The notes below the pieces were generated by a model. That model ran no database searches. It saw only the letters and a list, made by a program, of their open reading frames with translations, and had not been told where the DNA came from. Below, piece after piece: positions 18,760-27,656 of a stretch of 64,000 bases of DNA. Both the position numbers and the translations under genes were made by a program. The DNA comes from Bacteroidales bacterium (GTDB lineage Bacteria > Bacteroidota > Bacteroidia > Bacteroidales > UBA932): assembly GCA_017476575.1 (NCBI GenBank), contig JAFUZO010000038.1:2551-66550 (forward strand), given 5' to 3'. Position 1 is the first letter of the stretch. The number at the start of each line of letters is the position of its first letter.

Positions 18760-19974
18760 TCAGTCTTGATTTTCCAGTACCAGATGCATCGTATCCCGCG
18801 CAATAACCAGTTCCTCGTTGGTGCAGATGAGGGCGGCCTTCACCTTCGAATCCTCCGTGGTGATGATGGCGTTCTCCTCCCAGGCGACATTGGCCTCGTA
18901 GTCGACCTTGAGACCCAGGTAGGAGAAGTTCTCCAGCACACGTCGGCGCAGGCGGCTGTTGTGCTCACCGATACCGCCGGTGAAGACGATGAGGTCGACC
19001 CCGTTCATCGCGGCCACATAGGAGCCGACGTTCTTGATGATATCGTAGGTGAACTTCTTGAGGGCCAGTTTCGCTTTCGGGTCGCCGCTGTTCGCACGTT
19101 CGTCAAGTTCGCGGGCATCGGAGGAATATTCGGAGACTCCCAGGAAACCGGACTTCCGGTTGAGGATGGTGGACATCTCGTCCGGGGTCACGCCCAGTTT
19201 CTTTTCCAGGTAGATGACGGCATTGGCATCGATGTTGCCGACCCGGGTGCCCATGATCATACCTTCCAGCGGGGAGAAGCCCATGGATGTGTCCACACAC
19301 TTGCCGTTCTGGATGGCGCAAACGGAACTGCCGGCCCCGAGGTGGCAGGTGATGATCTTGGACGACTTGATGTCCAGCCCGGCCAGCTTGGCACCGACGC
19401 CGGCCACGAACTGGTGGGAGGTGCCGTGTGCCCCGTAACGGCGGACGCGGAACTTGTCATAATATTCGTACGGAAGGCCGTACATATAGGCGTAGGAAGG
19501 CATCGTCTGGTGGAAGGCCGTGTCGAACGTCACGACCTGCGGCACGGTCGGCAGGACATGCTGGATGGCATGGATGCCGAGCAGATGGGCCGGATTGTGG
19601 AGCGGCGCGAAGTCACTGCAGAAAGCAATCTTCTCGAGCACATCGTCATTGACAAGGGCGGATCCGGAAAAGAAGTCGCCCCCCTGGACGATGCGATGGC
19701 CGACCGCCTCGATATCCTCCAAAGACTGCAGCACACCGGTCTCGGGATCGGTCAAGGCCTCGAGGATGAGTTTCATGCCCACTTTGTGGTCCGGGATGGG
19801 GAGGTCGCGCACGATCTTCTCCTTGCCGGTCGGGGCATACTGGAGGACACCCGCCGGAAGGCCGATCTTCTCCGCAATACCTTTGGCGATGATACAGAAC
19901 ACATCGTCGCTACTCATGTCCAGCAACTGATACTTGATGGAGGAGCTGCCGCAATTGATGACCAGAATAATCAT
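18760..19974 (-). CDS. ackA: Acetate kinase
   Basis: ILVINCGSSSIKYQL, GHRIVQGG, APLHNP, FDTAFHQT, RRYGAHGTSH, CHLG, FTGGIGE and TNEELVIAR. Confidence 0.97.
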   Translation of the reverse strand: MIILVINCGSSSIKYQLLDMSSDDVFCIIAKGIAEKIGLPAGVLQYAPTGKEKIVRDLPIPDHKVGMKLILEALTDPETGVLQSLEDIEAVGHRIVQGGDFFSGSALVNDDVLEKIAFCSDFAPLHNPAHLLGIHAIQHVLPTVPQVVTFDTAFHQTMPSYAYMYGLPYEYYDKFRVRRYGAHGTSHQFVAGVGAKLAGLDIKSSKIITCHLGAGSSVCAIQNGKCVDTSMGFSPLEGMIMGTRVGNIDANAVIYLEKKLGVTPDEMSTILNRKSGFLGVSEYSSDARELDERANSGDPKAKLALKKFTYDIIKNVGSYVAAMNGVDLIVFTGGIGEHNSRLRRRVLENFSYLGLKVDYEANVAWEENAIITTEDSKVKAALICTNEELVIARDTMHLVLENQD

Positions 19975-20010
19975 ATGGTAGGTTTTAATATCATTTCAGG
20001 TTGATTCCCG

Positions 20011-20018
20011 CAAAGTTA
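20011..20018 (-). promoter_or_regulatory. -7 element for ackA-ptb
   Basis: The reverse complement reads TAACTTTG. Confidence 0.55.
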
Positions 20019-20039
20019 ATAAAAAATCCACACATAAGA

Positions 20040-21059
20040 ATGGTTGGAACAAGAAACATCGAGACCGTCTCCTTCCTTTTCGGCGCCGGGGTAGCGATAG
20101 GTACGCTCATCAGAGGCTCCGGAGTCCTTGCGCCCGGCGGCCTTCTCCTGGGCATCGCAGCCTGCCTTGCCATCGGCCGGGAGCATTGGCCCGGCATTCT
20201 CAGCGCCTTCCTGTTGTGCGGCATGTTCTGCGCCCTCAACGACGCAGCCATCCTGCCATCCCTCCCTTGGGCGGAAACGGCCGTCGCCGCCTTGAGGGAG
20301 CGCATCGACCGGCTGCCTTTTGCCTCTCCCCGGACCGCACCACTCCTGAAAGCCCTCGTCACCGGTGACCGGGGCGGACTCGACCGCGAAACCGTGCAGG
20401 TTTTCCGCAATAGCGGCGCCTCCCATCTGCTCGCCCTCTCCGGTCTTCATATCGGTATCCTCTACATGCTGCTGGACCGATCGACCTGGATCTTCGGGCG
20501 GACCCCCGCGACGCGACGCATCCGTTCGGAATGCACCATCCTCCTCGCCGGCTTCTATGCCCTTATGACCGGCGCCTCCCCTTCCATCGTCCGCGCCTTC
20601 CTGTTCATCACCATCAACGAAATCCAGAGACTGCTCAACCGGCGGGCTTCTTCTCTCCAGGTTCTCAGCCTTGCCCTTCTGGTCCAGCTGGTCCTCTGTC
20701 CATCGGCCATCCGCAGCACCGGATTCCAGCTCTCCTATCTCGCCATGGCCGGTATCTTCCTGTTGTATCCCCGCCTACGGGACTGGTATCCCGAAGGCCG
20801 CCGCCCTAACCCGGTCCGCTGGATCTGGCGCACGGCAGCACTATCCCTTTCCTGCCAAGTCTTCACAGGCCCGCTGGCCTGGTACCGTTTCCGGACGTTC
20901 CCGCCCTGGTTCCTCCTGACAAACCTCCTCGCCATCCCGCTCACGACTTCCATCATGGCCTGCGCCCTGTTCACCTTGGCGACAGGATGGGCCTGCGGCC
21001 TCACCGACCGCCTCTGCAACATGCTCCTATGGGTATTGGAGATTATTTCGACAATGTGA
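20040..21059 (+). CDS. comEC: ComEC/Rec2 family membrane protein (competence domain)
   Basis: GASHLLALSGLHIGIL, TGASPSIVRA, GFQLSYLAM and LTNLLAIP. The ATG at 20040 is preferred over the TTG at 20001, which overlaps the ackA promoter. Confidence 0.85.
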   Translation: MVGTRNIETVSFLFGAGVAIGTLIRGSGVLAPGGLLLGIAACLAIGREHWPGILSAFLLCGMFCALNDAAILPSLPWAETAVAALRERIDRLPFASPRTAPLLKALVTGDRGGLDRETVQVFRNSGASHLLALSGLHIGILYMLLDRSTWIFGRTPATRRIRSECTILLAGFYALMTGASPSIVRAFLFITINEIQRLLNRRASSLQVLSLALLVQLVLCPSAIRSTGFQLSYLAMAGIFLLYPRLRDWYPEGRRPNPVRWIWRTAALSLSCQVFTGPLAWYRFRTFPPWFLLTNLLAIPLTTSIMACALFTLATGWACGLTDRLCNMLLWVLEIISTM

Positions 21060-22065
21060 AGCCAGGCGTAGCCCATTCGGACATGGTACCGTCTTCCGCC
21101 GTGTAAATCAGATACCCCTCCAAGGCAGGATCACCTGCAAGAAGCGCCTGTGCCTCCGTCAATCCGACAACCATGCACCAGGTCGCAAGGGCATCCGCAT
21201 CTGCTGCCCCGGCCGAAGACACGACAGTGGCACTGAGGAGGTTATGCTGCACCGGATAACCGGACCGCGGATCGATGGAATGGGCATATTTCCGGCCGTC
21301 CTGGACATAGAACTTGCGGTAGTTTCCGGAGGTGACGATGCCGCAGGGGGCTCCGGCATTGTCCCAGATGCCGTCGAGGTCCGCACCCGGCGTATCGTTA
21401 CCGTCGAAGGGGCGGTCCACACCGACCGACCAAGGGCGGCCGTCCGGGTTGAAGCCGTCGCACCAGATTTCGCCGATGTCTACGAGCATGTCCCTGGCGC
21501 CGATGCCATAGAGATACCTGGCAATCAGATCGCACGTGTAGCCCTGGGCAATGGCGTTGTAGTTGAGCCGGGGAAAACCCAGGTCCGCGGGATCCAGCCG
21601 CCCGCCGTCAACCGGCAGTTCGTGCGGCAGACGGCCCATCCCGCATCCCGCCAGCAGCGCCTGCACCTCTTCCTCCGAAGGCAGGGACCCCTTCTTGAAC
21701 CCGAAACCCCAAGCGTCGAACAATGGTCCCGCCGCGAAATCCAGCACGCCGCCCGAACGTTTGTACCATTGGTATGCCATACGGTACATGTCCAGGAACA
21801 GGGCATCCGGCCGGATGGCCTCCCCGGCGTTGAACCGGGAGAGTTGGGAACCCTTGTTATAGCCCGACAAAGTCGTGTCGACATGCATCAGGATGGCTTC
21901 CACACTGTCCCGCACTGTGGCGGGAGCAACCCGCACCCCTTTGAGGTTGACTTTCACGCTGTACACGCCGCCCTGGGCATAACCCGACACCTGGACATAC
22001 CGGTCCCGCTCCCCGCATCCCGCGAGGGCAAGAAGGAGCCCTGCTATGAGTATCCGCGGCCTCAT
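21043..22065 (-). CDS. apbE: FAD:protein FMN transferase lipoprotein
   Basis: Lipobox LAGC, S.LSRFN, GPLFDAWGFG, NAIAQGY, VTSGNYRKF, HSIDPRSGYP and ADALAT. Confidence 0.93.
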   Translation of the reverse strand: MRPRILIAGLLLALAGCGERDRYVQVSGYAQGGVYSVKVNLKGVRVAPATVRDSVEAILMHVDTTLSGYNKGSQLSRFNAGEAIRPDALFLDMYRMAYQWYKRSGGVLDFAAGPLFDAWGFGFKKGSLPSEEEVQALLAGCGMGRLPHELPVDGGRLDPADLGFPRLNYNAIAQGYTCDLIARYLYGIGARDMLVDIGEIWCDGFNPDGRPWSVGVDRPFDGNDTPGADLDGIWDNAGAPCGIVTSGNYRKFYVQDGRKYAHSIDPRSGYPVQHNLLSATVVSSAGAADADALATWCMVVGLTEAQALLAGDPALEGYLIYTAEDGTMSEWATPGFTLSK

Positions 22066-22652
22066 AGCAGGGCTTCCAGCCGGGTCCGGATCCGTGCAAA
22101 TTCGGACTCGAAATTCGGGGTGAGCACATCCATACCCGTCGCCGCCTCGATTTCATCCGGGGTCCACCAGCGGCCTTCGGATACTTCTGTCTCATTGGGA
22201 TGCAAGTCGAAATGGCCGACCGCCGCAAACATGACGACCAGCTCGTTGTCCCGGTCGGTCTCCCAGGCGTAAAAGCCCAGGTAGGCCGGATGGAAGGCGG
22301 TGAGCCCGATCTCTTCGGATGCTTCGCGATAAAGGGCCTCCTGGGCCGTCTCGCCGTAGGTCACATGCCCGCCGACGGCTGTATCCCAGTAGCCGGGAAG
22401 GAGGTCTTTGTCATCCGCGCGCTTCTGCAGGTAGATGCGGCCCTCCCGGTCGATGATATGCAGGTGTACGACCGGATGCAGGACCTTCGATCCGCTGTGG
22501 CACCAAGCCCGGGCCGCTTGTCCATAGACCAGGCCGCTGGGCTCCACGAGGGGCAGCATTTCTGCGGCATCGGAAGGTGCCGGACCAGGACGGTCGGCAG
22601 AAGGGCGGGGAAAGAGCGGGGCAGGATCTGCAGGGTAGACCAGTTCGAACAT
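22062..22652 (-). CDS. NUDIX hydrolase (Idi-like)
   Basis: LHPVVHLHI, LQKRA..K...PG.WDTAVGGH and the Nudix box GET...ALYREASEEIG. Confidence 0.9.
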   Translation of the reverse strand: MFELVYPADPAPLFPRPSADRPGPAPSDAAEMLPLVEPSGLVYGQAARAWCHSGSKVLHPVVHLHIIDREGRIYLQKRADDKDLLPGYWDTAVGGHVTYGETAQEALYREASEEIGLTAFHPAYLGFYAWETDRDNELVVMFAAVGHFDLHPNETEVSEGRWWTPDEIEAATGMDVLTPNFESEFARIRTRLEALL

Positions 22653-22655
22653 AGG

Positions 22656-24341
22656 CTATGCGAGGGCAATCAGGATAAGTACTTGGGCAACCAGCACCCG
22701 CATGAACATCGAAAGCGGGTAAACCGTCGCGTAATTAACAGATGTATAATCACTTCCGTACATTCCTTGTGCGAAGGCAAGCACTGGCGGATTGGTGCAG
22801 GAGCCGGACAGCAGGCCGAGGATCTGGTAGAAATTCAGATGACAGGACAGCCGGGCCACGATGAAGGTGACGCTCAACGGAACCAGGGTGATCAGTGCGC
22901 CGTACAGGATCCACCAGTAGCCACCGCCGACGATGGAGCTGACAAAGTTCTCGCCGGCCCCGAGACCCACCGCCGCCAGGAAGAGTGAGATGCCGATCTC
23001 GCGGATCATCAGATTGGCGCTGGCCGTAGTGTAAGTCGTAATCTTGTACCGGGGGCCGAAGTGGCCGAGCAGGATGGCGATGATGAGCGGGCCGCCGGCC
23101 AGACCGAGTTTGATGGCCTGCGGGACACCGGGGAAACGGAGCGGCAGCGATCCGAAGATGATACCGACGACGATGCCAAGGAAGATGGGCACGAGGTTCG
23201 GCTTGTTGAGGGCGGCGCTGGCGTTGCCGACCTTCTCCGCCACCCGGGCAATGTTGTCCTCAGGACCGACACAGAACAACCCGTCTCCCATCTGGAGGAA
23301 CAGGTCGGGACGGGCGACCAGTTCAACGCCGGCCCGGATGACGCGGGTCACGCTGACCCCGTAGGCCCCGCGGAAATGCAGGTCCTTCAGTTTCTTGCCG
23401 GTCAGGGAGGACTTGGTGACGGTGATGCGCCGGGTCACAAGGTGGTGGTCCTTCTCGACCCAGTCCTGCACATGCAGAGGGACCTCCTGGCCGAAGAGGA
23501 TGCGGATCTTGTCCACATCGTTCTGGCAGGTGACAACAAGCAGCTTGTCGCCCTCGTCCAGGACGGTGTCTCCCGTCGGGAAGAGGATATCGTCACCCTT
23601 CATAATCCGGGATACCACGAAATCGCCGCCGAACTCGTGGAGGACATCGTAGAGTTTCTTGCCGAAGATGGCCGGATTCTCCACAGCCACATGCATGCGG
23701 CGGGCCTGGGCGGAATTGTCCTCCTCCGCCTCCAACTGTTTCAGTTCCTGTTTCGGGTCGATCTTGAAGAGGCCTTTGAAAAGGATGATGACGAGAATGA
23801 CCCCCAGCACGCCGACCGGATAGGCCACGGCATAGCCCGAGGCCAGGTTGGAGGCCTCCAAGGAAGCCGCCGCTGCACCCATGCCGCCGGCTGTAGAAAC
23901 ATCGATGTAGGTCTGCTGGGCAGCGCCGAGACCCGGAGTATTGGTCACGGCTCCCGACATGACGCCTACCAGCGTCGGAAGGCTCTCGCCGGTCGCGGCG
24001 GAGAGTCCCCAGGTGATGGCTACCGCCAACAGGATGTTCATGACAGCCAGGAGGTTCATGGCCACGCCGCCGTGCTTGAAACTGTGGAAGAAACCCGGTC
24101 CGACCTGGAGGCCGATCGAGAAGACGAACAGGATCAGGCCGAACTCTTTGACGAAGTGGAGGATTCCGGGATCGGCCTGGAAGCCGAAGTGGCTGACGAG
24201 AATGCCGACGAACAGAATCCAGGTCGATCCGAGAGAGATGCCCTTCACCTTGAAACGGCCCAGATACAGGCCGGAGCCGATCACAAAAGCCAGCAGCAGG
24301 ATGGAATGGGCGATTCCCGTTCCGAAAAACAATTCATTCAT
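22656..24341 (-). CDS. AspT/YidE/YbjL family antiporter with TrkA-C domains
   Basis: GLILFVFSIGLQVGPGFF, GAVTNTPGLGAA, KLGLAGGPLI and YATVYPL. Confidence 0.92.
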   Translation of the reverse strand: MNELFFGTGIAHSILLLAFVIGSGLYLGRFKVKGISLGSTWILFVGILVSHFGFQADPGILHFVKEFGLILFVFSIGLQVGPGFFHSFKHGGVAMNLLAVMNILLAVAITWGLSAATGESLPTLVGVMSGAVTNTPGLGAAQQTYIDVSTAGGMGAAAASLEASNLASGYAVAYPVGVLGVILVIILFKGLFKIDPKQELKQLEAEEDNSAQARRMHVAVENPAIFGKKLYDVLHEFGGDFVVSRIMKGDDILFPTGDTVLDEGDKLLVVTCQNDVDKIRILFGQEVPLHVQDWVEKDHHLVTRRITVTKSSLTGKKLKDLHFRGAYGVSVTRVIRAGVELVARPDLFLQMGDGLFCVGPEDNIARVAEKVGNASAALNKPNLVPIFLGIVVGIIFGSLPLRFPGVPQAIKLGLAGGPLIIAILLGHFGPRYKITTYTTASANLMIREIGISLFLAAVGLGAGENFVSSIVGGGYWWILYGALITLVPLSVTFIVARLSCHLNFYQILGLLSGSCTNPPVLAFAQGMYGSDYTSVNYATVYPLSMFMRVLVAQVLILIALA

Positions 24342-24344
24342 AGG

Positions 24345-25106
24345 TCAATAGACAATTTTGACGCAGAAGGCTGACTTGCCATCGACCCGACCTTCCACAT
24401 AACAGGCAAGGTTCCCTTCCTCCTCCCGGCGCAGGCGGAAGAGGTGGACCGTCTCACCCGGGGTGGTTTCCCTGTTGAAATTGATGTACACATCCTTGAC
24501 GCGGTGCGACGATACGGTCTCATAATCGACGGCATCCATCGCCCAGACGACATAGCGGGCATTGTTGGTATGGCCGAGGATGTCGATGTCGGAATAGGCG
24601 ACGACGTGCTCTCCGCAAGGTTCCCCCTCTCCGTCCCGCGGCAGGACGACCTTCGGGGCCGGTTCCACGATGGCATCATCCACCGTCCCGTCGATATGCA
24701 GCAGATGCTGCATCTCATCCGGGCGGACGAAATGGCGGGTCCGCTCGTCGATGACAACCCAGGAACTGGTGCAGGTCACCAGTGGTTCTCCTTGCGGAGA
24801 GAGGAGTTCGAAATCACGGAGATAGAACAGGCCGCCCGCGCCCTTGTGCCAGGTCTTGAGGATGACCTCGTCCCGCCACTTCGGCGGATTCTCGAAATGG
24901 AAATGCATCCGGGAAAGCACCCAGGCTACGTGGTGGACATGGAGGTCGTCATAGCCGAAACCCAGCATCTGTGCAGCCCAGTAGGCGATTTCCTGAGCCA
25001 TGTCCATGAAGGCGGCAGGCTTCAGATAGAAGGCGGCATCCGTCTCATAACAGGGTATACAAATATCTTGACAGAACTTATAGCTGTCCTTGCGAACTTC
25101 ACTCAT
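24345..25106 (-). CDS. Acyl-ACP thioesterase
   Basis: YETD, WVLSRM and DID.LGHTNNARY, consistent with a double hotdog fold. Confidence 0.9.
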   Translation of the reverse strand: MSEVRKDSYKFCQDICIPCYETDAAFYLKPAAFMDMAQEIAYWAAQMLGFGYDDLHVHHVAWVLSRMHFHFENPPKWRDEVILKTWHKGAGGLFYLRDFELLSPQGEPLVTCTSSWVVIDERTRHFVRPDEMQHLLHIDGTVDDAIVEPAPKVVLPRDGEGEPCGEHVVAYSDIDILGHTNNARYVVWAMDAVDYETVSSHRVKDVYINFNRETTPGETVHLFRLRREEEGNLACYVEGRVDGKSAFCVKIVY

Positions 25107-25136
25107 GTTGCACTACTAACTTTTCGTTCAGCGGTG

Positions 25137-25144
25137 CAAAAATA
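25137..25144 (-). promoter_or_regulatory. -7 element for the thioesterase-AspT-NUDIX-apbE run
   Basis: The reverse complement reads TATTTTTG. Confidence 0.5.
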
Positions 25145-25147
25145 GCA

Positions 25148-26026
25148 TTAATAACGGAGAATTTCAAGTTCATCGGCGGAATACAGAAGACGGTCGACCA
25201 TTTCCGGAGCCACACGCCCGAGCACCGCCCAAATTACAATCGCCAGCACGACCACACCCAGCAATATTCCCAGCACAACAAGCCATATCTTCCTCCCCTT
25301 CCGGGCTTCCACCTCCTCGTCATGCCCGGGGAGAGCGGGCCTTCCTTCCTCTGCCGCAACAACCGGTTCCTCCACCTTTTCCACCAAAGCCTCCTCTTCC
25401 GCCGCGGCAACCGGAGCATCCTTCCCTTCCACGACGACCGGATCTTCCTCCTTTGTCATAACAATCTGATCTTTCTCCTTCGTCACGACGGCCGAAGCCC
25501 CACCCTCTGTCATTTCTAGCGGAGCCGAGAAATCTCCTTCCTCCGACATCTCCACCAGTTCCGCCAGGCCAGCGACGGCAGAAGCCACCTCGTCCGATGT
25601 CTCTACATGCGTCTTGAGCGAGACCGGTTCCAGACCGAAACCACCCGGATAGATGTCCAAATCCTCGTCCGCGACGAAGAAGAAGTGGTTCTCCCGTGTC
25701 GCCCGCAAGCGCCCCAATCCCGGGAACATAATTGTCTTCCGGACCTTGAGCACTTCTTTCATCTCCGAAAGAAAATCTCCGACAATCCGTTCCGCCGTGC
25801 TCCGGTCCACGTCGTTGGAACGGGCATACAGATCCACCAACAGCGTATCGCTCCCCTGCTTCGGAGAAAAATACAACCGCCGGTAAGGAGGATGGATGGT
25901 ATACCCCTTGTCCGAAAAGGCGGACGGTACCAAGTCCGCCACAAAAGAGCCGACACCCGGCAGGGTTACGGCATCATTGTCCAGGATCATCTCCTTGACC
26001 ATCTTGGCTAACAGATCGATATCCAT
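25148..26026 (-). CDS. HU-like (HU-CCDC81-type) domain protein with an acidic linker and a C-terminal TM helix
   Basis: VTLPGVGSF and FPGLGRL HU-like motifs, a Glu-rich linker and a hydrophobic IWLVVLGILLGVVVLAIVIWAVL segment. Confidence 0.75.
   Translation of the reverse strand: MDIDLLAKMVKEMILDNDAVTLPGVGSFVADLVPSAFSDKGYTIHPPYRRLYFSPKQGSDTLLVDLYARSNDVDRSTAERIVGDFLSEMKEVLKVRKTIMFPGLGRLRATRENHFFFVADEDLDIYPGGFGLEPVSLKTHVETSDEVASAVAGLAELVEMSEEGDFSAPLEMTEGGASAVVTKEKDQIVMTKEEDPVVVEGKDAPVAAAEEEALVEKVEEPVVAAEEGRPALPGHDEEVEARKGRKIWLVVLGILLGVVVLAIVIWAVLGRVAPEMVDRLLYSADELEILRY
25319..25535. repeat. Degenerate 27-nt (9-aa) tandem units and REP-like GTCAT palindromes inside the coding linker
   Basis: GTCA starts at 25455, 25482 and 25509 (27-nt spacing). 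GTCATTTCTAGCGGAGCCGAGAAATCT lies at 25509-25535 and CGTCATGCCCGGGAGAGCGGGC at 25318-25339. Confidence 0.5.
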
Positions 26027-26054
26027 CGTCAGGGGCAGTTTCTGATTCCGGACG

Positions 26055-26125
26055 CAAAGATAGTGAAAAAATGACGAAAAAAGTTGAAAAAAGTTTGGCT
26101 GGTTCGGAAAAAAGGACTACCTTTG
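26055..26125. promoter_or_regulatory. Divergent sigma-A promoters (HU-like gene / tRNA-Asn)
   Basis: TATCTTTG on the minus strand at 26055-26062 and TACCTTTG on the plus strand at 26118-26125. Confidence 0.65.
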
Positions 26126-26164
26126 CATTCCCGATAAACGAATCGGCTGCCAGAAGGCAAAAAT

Positions 26165-26238
26165 TCCTCAATAGCTCAGTTGGTTAGAGCATCTGACTGT
26201 TAATCAGAGGGTCGTAGGTTCAAGTCCTACTTGAGGAG
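26165..26238 (+). tRNA. tRNA-Asn (GTT)
   Basis: Acceptor TCCTCAA/TTGAGGA, D-arm GCTC/GAGC, anticodon arm TCTGA-CTGTTAA-TCAGA and T-arm GTAGG-TTCAAGT-CCTAC. Confidence 0.98.
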
Positions 26239-26243
26239 CATCC

Positions 26244-26272
26244 AAGCCCCGCACTGTGATGCGGGGCTTTTC
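26244..26272 (+). terminator. Intrinsic terminator after tRNA-Asn (could also serve the convergent rpn)
   Basis: Stem AAGCCCCGCA/TGCGGGGCTT followed by a T-rich tail. Confidence 0.75.
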
Positions 26273-26278
26273 ATTTCT

Positions 26279-27367
26279 TCACCCTTCTTCCATCACCCGT
26301 GCGATGACTTCGGGAGAAATACCTGCCTCTACCATCCTCCGGACCCATTCTTCTTTCATCTTCTCCCGTCCCAACAGTATCCCCTTTTCCAGACCGATCT
26401 GTTCGCCTTTTTCCAGACCGATCTGTTCGCCTTTTTCCAGGCCGAGCCGTTCACCTTTTTCCAGACCGAGCCGTTCGCCTCGCTCCATGGCATAGTCGAT
26501 CCTTGCCACCTCATCAATGTACGTTGTCATATCATGGTCATAATTTTCCCGTTCATCTTTCGTCATGTTGGCCAGTTCCGCCGCATGGAACAGACGGCGG
26601 AAAAACTCCTCGCTGAACTCCAATGGCCTGTCCTCCAGAAAACTGATATACTTCAAGGCGAAGGCCAATTTCTCCAGCAGCGTGCGGCATCTCCCCATCT
26701 CCGTCACCCCGTAGGGCAGCCGCCCCAGTTCCAAGTAGATGAAGTGGAGCGCATCTGTCATCTGTTCATTCCCCTCATCGCTCCGCAGCGAATAGGAACT
26801 GACCAGCCCCTCGCGCAGGCAGGACACATCCTCATGCGGAAGCGTGAAGTTCAGGATGCTGACCATGTACACCGGGTTCAAATGGTAATTCCGGATCTGT
26901 TTCTTGCGGCCCCGTCGCAGGCTCTTCCGCTCTTCCAACGGCGTGATCAACTGCTCCCGCAACGGATACGTCGCGTAGAACAGCGCGCGCTCTGTGAAAT
27001 ACGTCTCGCCGCTCAACTGCATCTCCACGACGAATGTCTCCCCCTCCGGGGTCTTGCAATACAGGTCGAAGATGGTCTTCTTCTCGATGACGAAGAAACC
27101 CGGAATCTCTTTGTCGTGGAATTCCAGCCTGGCAATCTTCTTGTCCGGAATCAGGCACTCCAGTAACGCAATCATGATATCCATGTTCGCCGCCGAACCG
27201 AAGACCATTTTGAACGCTGAGTCGATCATGATGTCGGCATAGCGCTGGCACGTCCCATAAAGGGGATGGGCGATGCGCGGTTCTTCCAAACAGCCGGAAT
27301 GACTATCCTCCGGCCAACCATACGTGTACGTGTGTACTCCCATAGCATACAGGATTTGATGAAACAT
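26279..27367 (-). CDS. Rpn family recombination-promoting nuclease / PD-(D/E)XK putative transposase (start uncertain)
   Basis: D.AFK.VFG, FDLYCK...TFVVEMQ, ERALFYA, PVYMVSILNF, FIYLEL and a C-terminal G..xGLEK repeat tail. Confidence 0.9.
   Translation of the reverse strand: MFHQILYAMGVHTYTYGWPEDSHSGCLEEPRIAHPLYGTCQRYADIMIDSAFKMVFGSAANMDIMIALLECLIPDKKIARLEFHDKEIPGFFVIEKKTIFDLYCKTPEGETFVVEMQLSGETYFTERALFYATYPLREQLITPLEERKSLRRGRKKQIRNYHLNPVYMVSILNFTLPHEDVSCLREGLVSSYSLRSDEGNEQMTDALHFIYLELGRLPYGVTEMGRCRTLLEKLAFALKYISFLEDRPLEFSEEFFRRLFHAAELANMTKDERENYDHDMTTYIDEVARIDYAMERGERLGLEKGERLGLEKGEQIGLEKGEQIGLEKGILLGREKMKEEWVRRMVEAGISPEVIARVMEEG
26383..26478 (-). repeat. 4 x 24-nt in-frame tandem repeat (GERLGLEK x2, GEQIGLEK x2)
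   Basis: Units of C[C/T]TTTTCCAG[A/G]CCGA..[T/C]GTTC[G/A]C read directly from the sequence. Confidence 0.9.
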
Positions 27368-27583
27368 GTCCCCGCACCGGCACTTCCGATGCGGTGTTAC
27401 GTATAAATCCCGGATGCTGCGGCTCTGGGAAAAGGCGCCCGCATGCGGAATGGCAGCTCTGGAATCTACTGCTGCCCCCGGCCATGCCGCTCTTCACGGT
27501 CCAGCCCCGCGAAGTTCCTCTGGGTCCCCGTAACTGGGTTTCTATCACTACCTCCCTTTCCCTTCTCAGCCATCAGATTGATG

Positions 27584-27591
27584 CAAAGATA
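27584..27591 (-). promoter_or_regulatory. -7 element upstream of rpn
   Basis: The reverse complement reads TATCTTTG, about 215 nt upstream of the first rpn ATG. Confidence 0.6.
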
Positions 27592-27656
27592 AGACAATTA
27601 TCGCTCAAAAGCAACGCTTCCGAGGTGTAAGTCTCCTTTCATGGGCACAAATGCCG

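Noticed and set aside
20040-21059. comEC as evidence of natural competence
   Set aside because: ComEC-domain genes are widespread in Bacteroidetes, and no other uptake machinery is present in this window.
26383-26478. Possible CRISPR array
   Set aside because: The units are contiguous 24-nt in-frame coding repeats with no spacers, and there are no cas genes.
26279-27367. Calling rpn an active IS element or transposase
   Set aside because: No terminal inverted repeats or target-site duplication are visible, and the family is not established as a true transposase.
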